Shown here: positions 30,514 to 40,710 of the stretch, in pieces
Numbering within the stretch: position 1 is the first letter of the stretch
Layout: the number at the start of each line of letters is the position of its first letter
From: Minisyncoccia bacterium
GTDB lineage: Bacteria > Patescibacteriota > Minisyncoccia > UBA6257 > 2-01-FULL-56-20
Assembly: GCA_049997875.1 (NCBI GenBank)
Contig: JBEKRC010000001.1
Coordinates: 108,609 to 172,608, forward strand
Direction: 5' to 3'
Length of the DNA stretch: 64,000 bases
Notes under the pieces: generated by a model
What the model saw: the letters and a program-made list of their open reading frames with translations, nothing else
What the model was told of the DNA's origin: nothing
Database searches by the model: none
Translations under genes and position numbers: made by a program

Positions 30514-32448
30514 ATGGCAGCTCAAAATCAACCAAACAAGGTTTTCTCCCTAAATCCCGCCCAGAAAGCGGCTGCCGAAGCGCCCATTTCCCCTTTATTA
30601 ATAGTGGCCGGGGCCGGAACCGGGAAAACTAGGACATTAACGAGCCGCATCGTGCACCTTGTGGAAACCGGGGTTCCGCCGGAGAGGATATGCGCGATCA
30701 CCTTCACCAACAAGGCGGCGCAAGAGATGAGGGAACGGGCGACGAAGAGCTCCGCGGGCGGCCGCGGCGAGCCATTCATCGGCACGTTCCACTCGCTCGG
30801 AGCTCGGATACTGCGGAAGGAATGCCGGGCGGTCGGCCGGACGCCGAACTTTGTGATCTTTGACGACCACGACTCTTTTGATCTTGTAAAAAAGATCGTG
30901 AAGGGGTTTGCGAAAAGCGAAGCGGGCAAAAAGGACACGCCGGCATTTTTCGCGGGGAAAATCTCCCTAATCAAAAACCTTGACGATGCGCTTCGGTCCC
31001 TTAAGGAAACGGCTGAGCGAAAGAAGCTCATTGAAAATGTTTTTGAAAGATACGAGGCAGCGCTCCGCGCAAACAACGCGTTTGACTTTGACGACCTCAT
31101 TGAAAAGCCGGTTGCGCTTTTTAGGCAACGGCCAGAAATTCTTGAAACATATCAGATGAAATTTGACGCAGTTCTCGTTGACGAGTACCAAGACATCAAT
31201 CCGAAGCAATACGAACTTGTGAAGCTCCTTGTCGGCCGACACAACAATTTGAGCGTAGTGGGGGACGACGAACAGACCATCTATAGCTGGCGATACGCGG
31301 ATATAAAAATGTTTCTTGATTTTGAGAAGGAGTGGCCCGCCGCGAAAATATTCTTCCTTGAAGAAAATTATCGCTCCACGGGGAATATTATCCGCGCCGC
31401 GCAAGCGGTCGCGGAGAACAACCGCTGGCGCGCACCGAAAAAATTGTGGACGCAGAAGCCGGAAGGGGAGCGCGTTGCGCTTTTTGAGGCATGGGGCGAG
31501 AACGACGAAGCGGAGTGGATCGCAGAAGAGATCCGAAAAATAAAACGGCGCGACGCGCTGGCAGAAGTCGCGATCCTGTACCGGACAAACGCGCAGTCGC
31601 GCGCGATAGAACAGGCGCTTATCCGCCACGATATGCCGTATCAAATTTTCGGCGGACTGAAATTCTACGAACGGCGCGAGGTAAAAGACGTGCTCGCCGC
31701 GCTCCGTGTAGCCGCGAATGACCGCGACTCGCTCGCGCGCGAGCGCTTGGAAAAAAATCTTTCCAAGAAAAAGTTTGCCGCGTTCAAAGAAAGGATCGCG
31801 CCCATGGAGCGTCGCAAGCCCCTGGACATCATCAATATTTTCCTTGAAACCTTCGGCTATTTTGACTACTTAGAAGAGGGTTTTATGAACGCCGACGAGC
31901 GGGAGGAGAACATCGCAGAGCTTATACGTTTTGCCTCGGAATTTGAAAATCTGCCGGATTTCCTTGAAAAAACAAGCCTTTTGCAGGCAACCGACGTTGA
32001 AGCGGCAACTGCGGGCGGGACGGCAGCCATGGGCGGAGCGGTGACGAGCGGAACCGCGGCGGGCAGGGCGGGAAGGGCGCGCGCGAAACGAAGCCGTGGT
32101 AATGACGACAAAAAAGAAAAGGTAAATCTGATGACGATCCACCTTGCGAAGGGACTTGAGTTTGAAAACGTGTTCGTCGCTGGCGTGGCTGAAGGGCTGC
32201 TGCCACATGTCCGGTCAATGGACGACGAACTTTCGCTTGAGGAAGAACGCCGGCTGATGTATGTCGCGATGACCCGTGCGAAAGAAAAATTACATCTTAG
32301 TTTTTATGGCATGCCGTCGCGGTTCATCGCGGAGATTCCAGAGGAGTGTCTCGCGCTTACCGATATCACCAATGGCACCGATGGCACGGGTGCAACGATT
32401 GTTGTGGACGACGAAGATGAGCTTGAAGAAAAAATAATAGAAATTTGA
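30514..32448 (+). CDS. pcrA: UvrD/PcrA-family DNA helicase
   Basis: AGAGTGKT, TFTNKAA, DEYQD, ENYRS, TIHLAKGLEF, YVAMTRA. Confidence 0.95.
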   Translation: MAAQNQPNKVFSLNPAQKAAAEAPISPLLIVAGAGTGKTRTLTSRIVHLVETGVPPERICAITFTNKAAQEMRERATKSSAGGRGEPFIGTFHSLGARILRKECRAVGRTPNFVIFDDHDSFDLVKKIVKGFAKSEAGKKDTPAFFAGKISLIKNLDDALRSLKETAERKKLIENVFERYEAALRANNAFDFDDLIEKPVALFRQRPEILETYQMKFDAVLVDEYQDINPKQYELVKLLVGRHNNLSVVGDDEQTIYSWRYADIKMFLDFEKEWPAAKIFFLEENYRSTGNIIRAAQAVAENNRWRAPKKLWTQKPEGERVALFEAWGENDEAEWIAEEIRKIKRRDALAEVAILYRTNAQSRAIEQALIRHDMPYQIFGGLKFYERREVKDVLAALRVAANDRDSLARERLEKNLSKKKFAAFKERIAPMERRKPLDIINIFLETFGYFDYLEEGFMNADEREENIAELIRFASEFENLPDFLEKTSLLQATDVEAATAGGTAAMGGAVTSGTAAGRAGRARAKRSRGNDDKKEKVNLMTIHLAKGLEFENVFVAGVAEGLLPHVRSMDDELSLEEERRLMYVAMTRAKEKLHLSFYGMPSRFIAEIPEECLALTDITNGTDGTGATIVVDDEDELEEKIIEI

Positions 32449-33338
32449 TGACGTCAAAAAAATCGCTCGGCCAACATTTTCTAAGAACCCGACTGGTCGC
32501 GAACAAAATCACCGACACGATCCGGCCGGAACGCGGTGAAATTATTTTTGAGATTGGCCCGGGGCATGGAGAGCTCACCCGACCGCTCGCGGAGATCTGT
32601 CGCGCTCGCGGGTGCGCGCTTATTGCCATAGAAAAGGACCGGCAGCTTGCGTTAAAACTCCAAGCGCAATCTTGGACAAAAGAAATAGAAATCATCACGG
32701 GTGACGTGCTCACGGTTTTCGCGTCCGGGCGCGCAAGTGAAATCTTCCGCGGCAAGCCATACAAAATTGTCGGCAACATCCCATACTATCTCACCGGACA
32801 TCTCCTACGGATCATAGGCGAACTCACGCCAAGACCCGCGCGCTGCATCCTCATGCTTCAGAAAGAAGTCGCGGAGCGGCTTGCGGCGAAGCCACCGATG
32901 ATGAACCGGCTGGCCGCAAGCGTGCAATTCTGGGCAAAACCGGAAATCCTCGGCATTGTCCCGAAGGAAAACTTTGCGCCGGCGCCAAAGGTGGACTCGG
33001 CGATACTATCGCTTGACGCGAAAGATGCAAAAAGGAAGCAGAATGTTTCCGACGGCGCGACCGAAGCGGCGACTGAGGGAGCGGCCGAAGCCACGGCGGA
33101 AGCCATTGCCGAAACCGCCGCGGAAGCAAGCCGCTATTACGCGGTCGTCCGCACGCTTTTCGCACAACCGAGGAAAACCGTCCTCAACAACCTCGCGGCA
33201 AAGAACCCATTGGTACAAAAAGGCGAGATAGCAAGCGCCCTGCGCGCGATCGGTATAATGCCCGACTTGCGCCCTCAAGATCTCTCCGTGGAAAAAATCG
33301 CGGCAATCGCCGAAATCACGGAAATCGCGTTTTCTTGA
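32448..33338 (+). CDS. rsmA: 16S rRNA adenine dimethyltransferase
   Basis: KKSLGQHFL, EIGPGHG, GNIPYY, PAPKVDS. Confidence 0.95.
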   Translation: MTSKKSLGQHFLRTRLVANKITDTIRPERGEIIFEIGPGHGELTRPLAEICRARGCALIAIEKDRQLALKLQAQSWTKEIEIITGDVLTVFASGRASEIFRGKPYKIVGNIPYYLTGHLLRIIGELTPRPARCILMLQKEVAERLAAKPPMMNRLAASVQFWAKPEILGIVPKENFAPAPKVDSAILSLDAKDAKRKQNVSDGATEAATEGAAEATAEAIAETAAEASRYYAVVRTLFAQPRKTVLNNLAAKNPLVQKGEIASALRAIGIMPDLRPQDLSVEKIAAIAEITEIAFS

Positions 33339-33368
33339 CAACGCCATTGCGCTATAATTGGAATATCA

Positions 33369-35552
33369 ATGAACATCAAGAAGTTGATCACTTCTTTTCT
33401 TATCCTAGCTGCGCTTGCCGCTTCGTCGGCGCTGCTCCTGTCAAACGAAAATTGGTTCTCCTCTTCTCGCAGTCCCGCGGCGCAGGTCTCGTTAGGTAAC
33501 GACGAAAGCGCGCCGCCGATCGCGAGCAATAATGCCTTTCTACCAACGACCCCGCAAGGTGCGGGCATCACGCAAGACGAAAACGACGATTCCGCCGCCG
33601 TAGACGACCCCAACAATCTCACCGGCGTGGTCGTCAATTCTTTCATGAACAACATTCTTGCCTCAAACCCTTCGGGACCGCAGCAAAACGCCAATGGCGA
33701 TGACACGCTCACCTTCAACCCCAACGAGGACCAGATGACGGGCGCGCTTGCCCAGAGCGCCACGCTTCAGCACTTATACATCCCGAATTGGGATCTTGAC
33801 GCGCTTGAACAAAAACTCAATATCGCGACCACCTCTTCCCCCGATGATATCGCGAACTACAGCGATGCCCTCAACGGCATTTTTAATAAAAATTTCGTGA
33901 GTTCCGGCGTTCTTACCATTGCGAACGGGGATAACGCCGATATAGGCAGCGCTCCTCTCATGGCATCCTCAACCGACGCCGCCCTCGCGGCCACTGCCCA
34001 GCTTCGAACGCCCGCGAATCTCGTGGACTTCCAAAAAAGTCTGGTAAAGGTACTTGTGTATCAGAAAAACGCCCTCGCTCTTATTGAAGGCACAAGTGGC
34101 GACCCCGTCAGGGCATCGCTCATCTTCCAAGCCCAGGAACCGAGGTACAACGCCGCCCTGCAGGATTTTGAGAATGAACTGCAAAAGGCGCAATCCAGTG
34201 GAACATTTTCGTTCGGTAATGTTCCCGCGCGCAGCGGCACCGGATGGTCCGCCGCGGTTCTGGGCCTCATTGGGATACGAACCGCGTATGCCCAATGGCC
34301 GACGTTTGACTTTAGTGTTTTCGCGAACCAAATAGAGCAGTTCATTAAAACCATCCTTCTTCAGATCGTGAAGAACTCTCTGATCAGCTTCATTCAGCAT
34401 AAAATAGTAAGTTGGATATCCAATCCCAAAAATCCAAAGTTCATCCAGCAGTGGGGAGGGGAGTTATCAAACGCGTTCGTGGCAGCGGCCAACAGTACGC
34501 TTTCACAAATAAGCCCGAACCTTTCCCCGTCGTTCGGACCCTTAGTAGGCTCTGCGCTTAAACCCCAAAAGAGTGCGGTATCCGGCATCCAATCAACTTT
34601 AGATAACGACTTAGCGAACCTCGGGACAAACCAACAAAATTTCTACAACAACTTCAGCCAGGGAGGCTTTGATGCATATTTTGACCTTTTTAAACCGGAC
34701 AACAACTTCTTCACTGCATTTATGGATACGCAGGATGCCATGCTTGCCGCCGGCGGCAAGTCGGCGCAAACCGCACAAACGAAGGCGGTTGCCGGCCAAG
34801 CCAGCCGCGGCAACCAACTTTGCAGCGACGGTAGCAATCCTTACGCAACCCACATGGGTTGCGACGAAGGATCTCTCGCAACCACCACCTACGGCAATGA
34901 GTGTATGTCCATCGGCGGCACCCCGCTCGGCCCCCCGGACAAAGTTAACAACGGGGGACTTTGCGCCAACGGTGACGATCCTACCGTCACGTCCCCGGAC
35001 CAAGTAACAAAGGCGATTCAAAGCGCAGGCCTCAAAAGTCCCATTGACCTTATCGTGAACGGCGACGACGTTACAGGACTCGTGATCGCGATGACAGAAT
35101 CGGTTCTGACGAACCTTGTGAACCAAGGCCTCAATGCTGTGGAAACTGGCCTTTCCGGCGCACAGAACCCGTCGCCCGCGACCGTCGCCGCAGATAACGC
35201 AGCGGTGAACGGCACCGTAGCCAGCAGCACGCCGCCGGCACAACCCGTCACCTGCATGCCGAAATCGCAATCGGCCACGATCGCGCTCGGAAGCAGCAAT
35301 CAGGCCTATGTTACGTTCGAGGTCACCGGCGGCGTCATGACGGCAACCAGCACAAACCCAACGTATACCTGGACCGCAAACTGGCCAGTTGGAGGAGCGT
35401 GGGGAGTGTGGGGAAGCACGGGGACGGGAACCGGAAGCACCTTCTCGGTGACTTTCACCGCGAATACCGCGGGGACGTACAACTATACCGCTACCGTGAC
35501 CGCTTCGCCGGGCGGCAGCGACTTCTGCCAGGTCCAAATTACGGCATACTAG
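33369..35552 (+). CDS. large secreted T4SS-cluster protein (internal VirB5-like segment, Cys-rich region, C-terminal Ig/PKD-like domain)
   Basis: signal peptide; internal RTAYA-QWPTFD; first gene of the T4SS-like cluster. Confidence 0.65.
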   Translation: MNIKKLITSFLILAALAASSALLLSNENWFSSSRSPAAQVSLGNDESAPPIASNNAFLPTTPQGAGITQDENDDSAAVDDPNNLTGVVVNSFMNNILASNPSGPQQNANGDDTLTFNPNEDQMTGALAQSATLQHLYIPNWDLDALEQKLNIATTSSPDDIANYSDALNGIFNKNFVSSGVLTIANGDNADIGSAPLMASSTDAALAATAQLRTPANLVDFQKSLVKVLVYQKNALALIEGTSGDPVRASLIFQAQEPRYNAALQDFENELQKAQSSGTFSFGNVPARSGTGWSAAVLGLIGIRTAYAQWPTFDFSVFANQIEQFIKTILLQIVKNSLISFIQHKIVSWISNPKNPKFIQQWGGELSNAFVAAANSTLSQISPNLSPSFGPLVGSALKPQKSAVSGIQSTLDNDLANLGTNQQNFYNNFSQGGFDAYFDLFKPDNNFFTAFMDTQDAMLAAGGKSAQTAQTKAVAGQASRGNQLCSDGSNPYATHMGCDEGSLATTTYGNECMSIGGTPLGPPDKVNNGGLCANGDDPTVTSPDQVTKAIQSAGLKSPIDLIVNGDDVTGLVIAMTESVLTNLVNQGLNAVETGLSGAQNPSPATVAADNAAVNGTVASSTPPAQPVTCMPKSQSATIALGSSNQAYVTFEVTGGVMTATSTNPTYTWTANWPVGGAWGVWGSTGTGTGSTFSVTFTANTAGTYNYTATVTASPGGSDFCQVQITAY

Positions 35553-35555
35553 CGC

Positions 35556-38183
35556 ATGAAAAAGGAAACCTCTGTGCGGAAAAACTTGCTAAGAATTGTC
35601 GCTGTCTCGTCCCTATTGATCCTTTTTGCATCCCTCGTGCCGATCCATCTCGCGCGCGCCAATTGGCTCACGGAAGGCCTCGGTCAAATCATAGACTTCA
35701 CCTACACGGTCATTGGGAAGATTGTTTTTATAATTGGCTTCTTGTTTGCCTTCATTGTTGGCATAGTCATAGCCATTGAGGCATGGATTGTCGGAGTCAT
35801 CCTCAACATGAACAATGGCGTCTTTGATGCGGCGGTGGTACAAACCGGCTTCCAGGTCAGTCTCTCTATCGCCAACATGGGGTTCGTGCTGGGAATCATC
35901 ATCATCGCAATCGCGACCATATTAAAAAGGGAAACCTACGGCATAAAGCAACTGCTGTGGAAACTGGTGGTCGCGGCAATCCTCGTGAACTTCAGCTTAG
36001 TCATCATGGCCCCCATTTTTGGATTCGCTAACAACCTCACGTTATATTTCCTAAACTGCGTTAACCCGGGCGGAGGAGGGTGTGGCGGGAATGGAAGCGC
36101 CCTTACGAGTGATGCTGATTTCGCAAAGGCAATCGCAGGCGCATTCAACCCCCAAAAGAGCTTCTTGTCCCTCAACACCCTTAACGCTACTTCAAGTACG
36201 CAAGTCCAGCCCGGGCCGGCCGTTACGGGCTTCTTTGGGACTGTTGGAGGAGATATCAGCAAAATTCTCGTTCCCATCTTCTCGGTCCTCTTCATAGCAG
36301 CCACGCTTGTGGTAATGGCTATTGTGCTCGCCGTTTTTGCATTCATGCTACTTGTTCGTTATGTGTATATCGCGATACTCGCGGTACTTGCGCCGTTCGC
36401 ATGGCTCATGTGGGTTTTCCCCAAAACAAAGCATCTTTGGGACCAGTGGTGGGACACCTTTATTAAATGGACTATGTTCGCGCCCATTGTCGTTTTCTTC
36501 ATGTATCTCGCGGTGGCAACGGCGACCCAGATGAGTTCCGGGAATACCACCGGCACCCAAACTTTCGCGGTCTATACCGCCGCTAACAGCAACACGCTTT
36601 GGGCAACAATTTCCCAATTCTTTGGCAATCTGCTTACCCCCATCATCCAAAACGCCCTAAATGAATTCGTCCTTGTCGGTCTCATGGTTGGCGGCATGAT
36701 CGCGGCGGAGAAGATGAGCATCATGGGCGCGAGCGCCGCGGTAGGTGCGGCGAAGTCGGTGGGCAACGCCGCGAAGGGCTACGTAGGAAAACAAACCAAG
36801 AAGGGTGCGCGGTATACATACCAGCATGCTAGAATCCCATTCACCCAGGTTACTGGCACAAGAGTAAGCGAAGCGTTGCAAAGAAGCAGAATCCCACTCG
36901 TTTCGGCAGCCGGAAGAAAGGTGGCAGGTCTTACGGAAGCAGGAGGGAAAGATCTCGTGGCTAAGGCCGCAAAAGATCTTGATGTGGACGGCATGAGTAA
37001 AGAAAAATTGGTTCGGGCGACAGAAGGAGCGAGAGGAAATGACAACACGCTCGCGCTCATTCAGCGAGCTCAGAAGGAAGGGTGGCTGGGTTCGCTTAGA
37101 AGGGTGGGCGGAGAAAAGGACCTCAGCACCTGGATGCAAAAGAATCAGCAAACCTTTAAGGACTACGATCACGGGAAGCTTCAGGGCGATGTTAACGATT
37201 CTCTTATGTCGAACGAGATCATGAGGAAGATTGCCGCAGCGCAGGGGAAGGCTGAGGGCACCGCGCGAGTGGCCGATACACAGGGAATTCTAGGAACGGC
37301 AGGGGCCGACGTCTCCGCGCGAACATTGCAAGAGACCAGCAATACCTTAGAAAAGGATATAGCAACGGCCAAGGGAAATGCACAGGCTTCTGCCCAGATT
37401 ACCGACGCCCACGGAATTTTGGGAACCATGAATGCCACGGTATCAGCCCAAGAATTGAAAAAGGCGAGCGAGGCTTTCCTGGAAGACATTGGGAAGGTAA
37501 ATCTTAATGCTCTCGACGACAGGGATATAATCAACTTCAGGGGACTGCATATGAGCGTTGCCGGCCTTAAACAGGAAAAGAAGGATGCGCAGGCCGATAT
37601 AGTTATGGCAGATTTGGCGATGGATGGCGCCGCAAGAACCGGGACGATGAACTTCCAAGGAAATAACGTCGCAATAGCAGACGTTGAAAGGAAGGTGGCT
37701 GATGCAAAAACGGCCGCAAACGATGCAATGCGTCATGCCGCAGACACTACAACGGTTGATGGGATGGCGGGCACAGCTGGAGACCTTATGCGCAGAGAAG
37801 CGGAAAAATTCTTCGCTGGTAAAGATAGAGCCAATTTCGCAAGGGCGCATCCCGAGGACATCTTTGGTGGGGTGCCCAAATTCGGCCTTTCCGAGCAGGC
37901 GATTGGCGCCCTGAGCCAGGCGGTTGCGCACGGTATCGCCATAAAAAATCCGCAGCTGACGCCCTCCGTGGTGAGTAAGCTTGACAACAAAGAAGCCCTT
38001 GACCGTTTCGACAACCGCTATAGAGCTGCCATTAATAGTGCCCCAATAAGCCAAGCCGACAAAGATATTTTGCTCAGGCGCCACGAACAGACTATGATTA
38101 GGCGCTACTATGTAGATGTCGGCGGTGGAGGCGGAACGAGCTCTACGCCCGCACCTGCCCCAGGTCCCTCGGGAACACCCTAG
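35556..38183 (+). CDS. VirB6/TrbL-like T4SS channel protein with long cytoplasmic C-terminus
   Basis: many TM; KLVVAAILVNFSL; LLVRYVYIAILAVLAPFAWLMWVFP...WDQWW. Confidence 0.8.
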   Translation: MKKETSVRKNLLRIVAVSSLLILFASLVPIHLARANWLTEGLGQIIDFTYTVIGKIVFIIGFLFAFIVGIVIAIEAWIVGVILNMNNGVFDAAVVQTGFQVSLSIANMGFVLGIIIIAIATILKRETYGIKQLLWKLVVAAILVNFSLVIMAPIFGFANNLTLYFLNCVNPGGGGCGGNGSALTSDADFAKAIAGAFNPQKSFLSLNTLNATSSTQVQPGPAVTGFFGTVGGDISKILVPIFSVLFIAATLVVMAIVLAVFAFMLLVRYVYIAILAVLAPFAWLMWVFPKTKHLWDQWWDTFIKWTMFAPIVVFFMYLAVATATQMSSGNTTGTQTFAVYTAANSNTLWATISQFFGNLLTPIIQNALNEFVLVGLMVGGMIAAEKMSIMGASAAVGAAKSVGNAAKGYVGKQTKKGARYTYQHARIPFTQVTGTRVSEALQRSRIPLVSAAGRKVAGLTEAGGKDLVAKAAKDLDVDGMSKEKLVRATEGARGNDNTLALIQRAQKEGWLGSLRRVGGEKDLSTWMQKNQQTFKDYDHGKLQGDVNDSLMSNEIMRKIAAAQGKAEGTARVADTQGILGTAGADVSARTLQETSNTLEKDIATAKGNAQASAQITDAHGILGTMNATVSAQELKKASEAFLEDIGKVNLNALDDRDIINFRGLHMSVAGLKQEKKDAQADIVMADLAMDGAARTGTMNFQGNNVAIADVERKVADAKTAANDAMRHAADTTTVDGMAGTAGDLMRREAEKFFAGKDRANFARAHPEDIFGGVPKFGLSEQAIGALSQAVAHGIAIKNPQLTPSVVSKLDNKEALDRFDNRYRAAINSAPISQADKDILLRRHEQTMIRRYYVDVGGGGGTSSTPAPAPGPSGTP

Positions 38184-38204
38184 CCAGTTCCCTCCACAGA
38201 AACC

Positions 38205-39389
38205 ATGATTACTATCACAACACAACAGGCACGGAACCGATGGGATTATCTTACTGAAGCCCTCCGCTTCGCTCTATTTTCCGATGTGAACGCTGACTTC
38301 ATTATGAAAACCTGCGAGCAGGAACATCTCCCCTTAGAGAAAGGACTGGACGTCCTTGCGATTTCTGGCTATGTGCTTCTTGGTTTCCTTCATCCGGAAG
38401 ACCTCGCCGGCGAACTAAAAGATGAATTGAATCTGGACATCAAGATCTGCACCCCTATCGCGGCCGCGATAAACTCAAGGGTTTTTTCACCTTTGAGGCA
38501 AGACATAGACAAAGTTTACGAACCCCTAAGTAAGTTGGCTGCAGGTCCGAAAATAATCCGAGATGTCGGTCCCGTACCCATGGCGGCGAAACCAGCAGCG
38601 CCCATTGCGCCCGCGCCAAAGGCGGAACCTGTGCCCACACCAAAAATGTCCGACGTAGGATGGTCGCAAGCGATGCCGAAACAGCCGGCGGTGAAATTGG
38701 GCCAAGCCGCAACGCCGCCGCCAGTGGTGCCAAGAGCACCAGCGGCGCCCGCGCCTCTCACCCCAACTACAATACCACCTACGCGGGGACCCATTGGTGA
38801 GTTTGAGCGACTCGCAGTGAAGCGCAGCGAGGGAATTGTGCCTCCTGCTCCACTTTCCGGTACTCCGAAGCCATCTGTTCCGCCCATCCCGCCTGCGCCA
38901 TCACGGCCCGCAACTCCTGTCGCGCCACCTCCGGGACCCGCGCCGTTGATCCTCCATGAAGACACATCAGCCAAGCCGCAACAGCGGGCGCCGGATTTCC
39001 ATTTTGATCTTCCCTCGGAAAAATTTACTGCGCAAAAGGGGTCCGCGTCGTTACCGATAAGGCCAGCAGTGGTTGAATTCGGCAAGGTGCCTCCGCCGCC
39101 CGCACCAAAAACGGTCGTCTCAACGCCGCGCGTTGTCCACTACACGGAATACAAATCTCCTTCGCCAGAAAATCCCACGCCTTCAGGTCCCGCAGCGCAA
39201 AGAAAAATAACCGAGCTTACCGCAACGCCATCGACGCAACCATCAACCTCGTTAAAGACGCCGGTGCTGCCCACGCCGTTGAAGGCGCTTCCCTCCGAAC
39301 CGACTGCGCCGGAGCTCCCCATGCCGCCGAAATTTCCGACCACGCCAACTCCGCCGGTACCACCGCCTCCACCATCAAAAAATAATTGA
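38205..39389 (+). CDS. hypothetical protein with small N-terminal domain and long Pro-rich tail
   Basis: 394-aa ORF; Pro-rich after ~aa 120; includes PRVVHYTEY. Confidence 0.8.
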   Translation: MITITTQQARNRWDYLTEALRFALFSDVNADFIMKTCEQEHLPLEKGLDVLAISGYVLLGFLHPEDLAGELKDELNLDIKICTPIAAAINSRVFSPLRQDIDKVYEPLSKLAAGPKIIRDVGPVPMAAKPAAPIAPAPKAEPVPTPKMSDVGWSQAMPKQPAVKLGQAATPPPVVPRAPAAPAPLTPTTIPPTRGPIGEFERLAVKRSEGIVPPAPLSGTPKPSVPPIPPAPSRPATPVAPPPGPAPLILHEDTSAKPQQRAPDFHFDLPSEKFTAQKGSASLPIRPAVVEFGKVPPPPAPKTVVSTPRVVHYTEYKSPSPENPTPSGPAAQRKITELTATPSTQPSTSLKTPVLPTPLKALPSEPTAPELPMPPKFPTTPTPPVPPPPPSKNN

Positions 39390-39479
39390 CGGGATGGCGG
39401 ACGGCGGACAAAAACGGACGAAGGAATCCTCCGGTTCCTGCCGGGGCTTTGGCGGCAAACTTGGGCTATAATATAGTGA

Positions 39480-40010
39480 ATGCAATTCCAGGTCCCGCAA
39501 TTTATAGATACGGAGGATAAGATCGTGGGGCCCTTGTCGCTCCGGCAATTCATTTACATCGGCATCGGCGCGGGCATCTCCGCCTTGCTTTATTTCATAC
39601 TCCAGACGTGGCTGTGGGCTATTCTTTCATTCTTCCTTGTGGGCGGCGCCATTGCGATCTCATTCGTAAAAATTGAAGGGAGGCCGCTTCCCAAAATCAT
39701 CCTCTCGGCATTCTCCTTCTATTGGAACCCGCAAACGTACGTGTGGCAGCCGGAACATCCGGCGGTCCAAAAGCATAAGACGCCCCCGGAAGCGAAGCCG
39801 ATCAAAAGCAGCGTTCTTGAGAAGATCGCCATGGGCATGGCGCTCCACAAGAGCTGGGAAAAGGTCCAGGTGGGGGTAAAACCGAAGGCAAAGGAGCCCC
39901 AGAAGAAGCCCCAGAAGAAGCTCAAAGAACAAAAAGTGAGCGGCCATTACGAGATCTTCCGAAAGCTCGCCGGCGACCGCGAAGCGGCGCGGAGAGTGGA
40001 CTACCGCTGA
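39480..40010 (+). CDS. PrgI-family (VirB3-like) protein
   Basis: MQFQVPQFIDTEDKIVGPLSLRQF, 2 TM, IEGRP. Confidence 0.9.
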   Translation: MQFQVPQFIDTEDKIVGPLSLRQFIYIGIGAGISALLYFILQTWLWAILSFFLVGGAIAISFVKIEGRPLPKIILSAFSFYWNPQTYVWQPEHPAVQKHKTPPEAKPIKSSVLEKIAMGMALHKSWEKVQVGVKPKAKEPQKKPQKKLKEQKVSGHYEIFRKLAGDREAARRVDYR

Positions 40011-40032
40011 TAATGATGAGAAAATACAAACG

Positions 40033-40710
40033 ATGGCGTCAAAACAGGATCTTGGCAATTCCCTTGACCTTGTAAGCATCAAGGAGATCAGGAACAACAC
40101 GGCCATTCTTAAGGACGGCAGTATGCGGCAGGTCGTCCTTGTGGGCGGCGTGAACTTCGCGCTCAAATCGGAATCGGAACAAAATCTCCTCACGGGAGGG
40201 TACCAAAATTTTTTGAATGGCATTGAGTTCCCGCTGCAGATCGTGGTGCACTCGCGGAAGGTGAATATTGACAAATACGTGCAAGGGCTCCTCGCGCGGA
40301 AAGAGGCGGAACAAACCGCGCTGCTCCGGAGCCAGATTGACGAATACGTTGAATTCATAAAGGGATTTGTGGAAAAGAACGCGATTATGGAAAAGACGTT
40401 TCTTGTGGTCGTTCCTTTTTATCCACTGAGCATTGTGTCAACAAAAAAAGCCGTGGGCTTTCTCCCGTTCTTTAAAAAGAAACAGGACAAGGAGACGGAA
40501 ACAAAGGACGCAGCCGAGACCGAGCGCATCTTCCAGGAAAATCTGGCGCAGCTCATCCAGCGCACGAGCCAGATCACAACCGGGCTTCTCGGCATGGGGC
40601 TTGAGGCAACCGTCTTGAACGACGAAGCGCTCGCGGAACTTTTCTACAACTTCTACAATCCGCAGACCATTGAACGAAAGGATATGGCCCTGCCGAAAGA
40701 AGAAAAATGA
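40033..40710 (+). CDS. TraC/VirB4 N-terminal-like T4SS protein
   Basis: VNFALKSESEQ, FLNGIEFPLQIVVHSRK; lies between PrgI and VirB4. Confidence 0.8.
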   Translation: MASKQDLGNSLDLVSIKEIRNNTAILKDGSMRQVVLVGGVNFALKSESEQNLLTGGYQNFLNGIEFPLQIVVHSRKVNIDKYVQGLLARKEAEQTALLRSQIDEYVEFIKGFVEKNAIMEKTFLVVVPFYPLSIVSTKKAVGFLPFFKKKQDKETETKDAAETERIFQENLAQLIQRTSQITTGLLGMGLEATVLNDEALAELFYNFYNPQTIERKDMALPKEEK

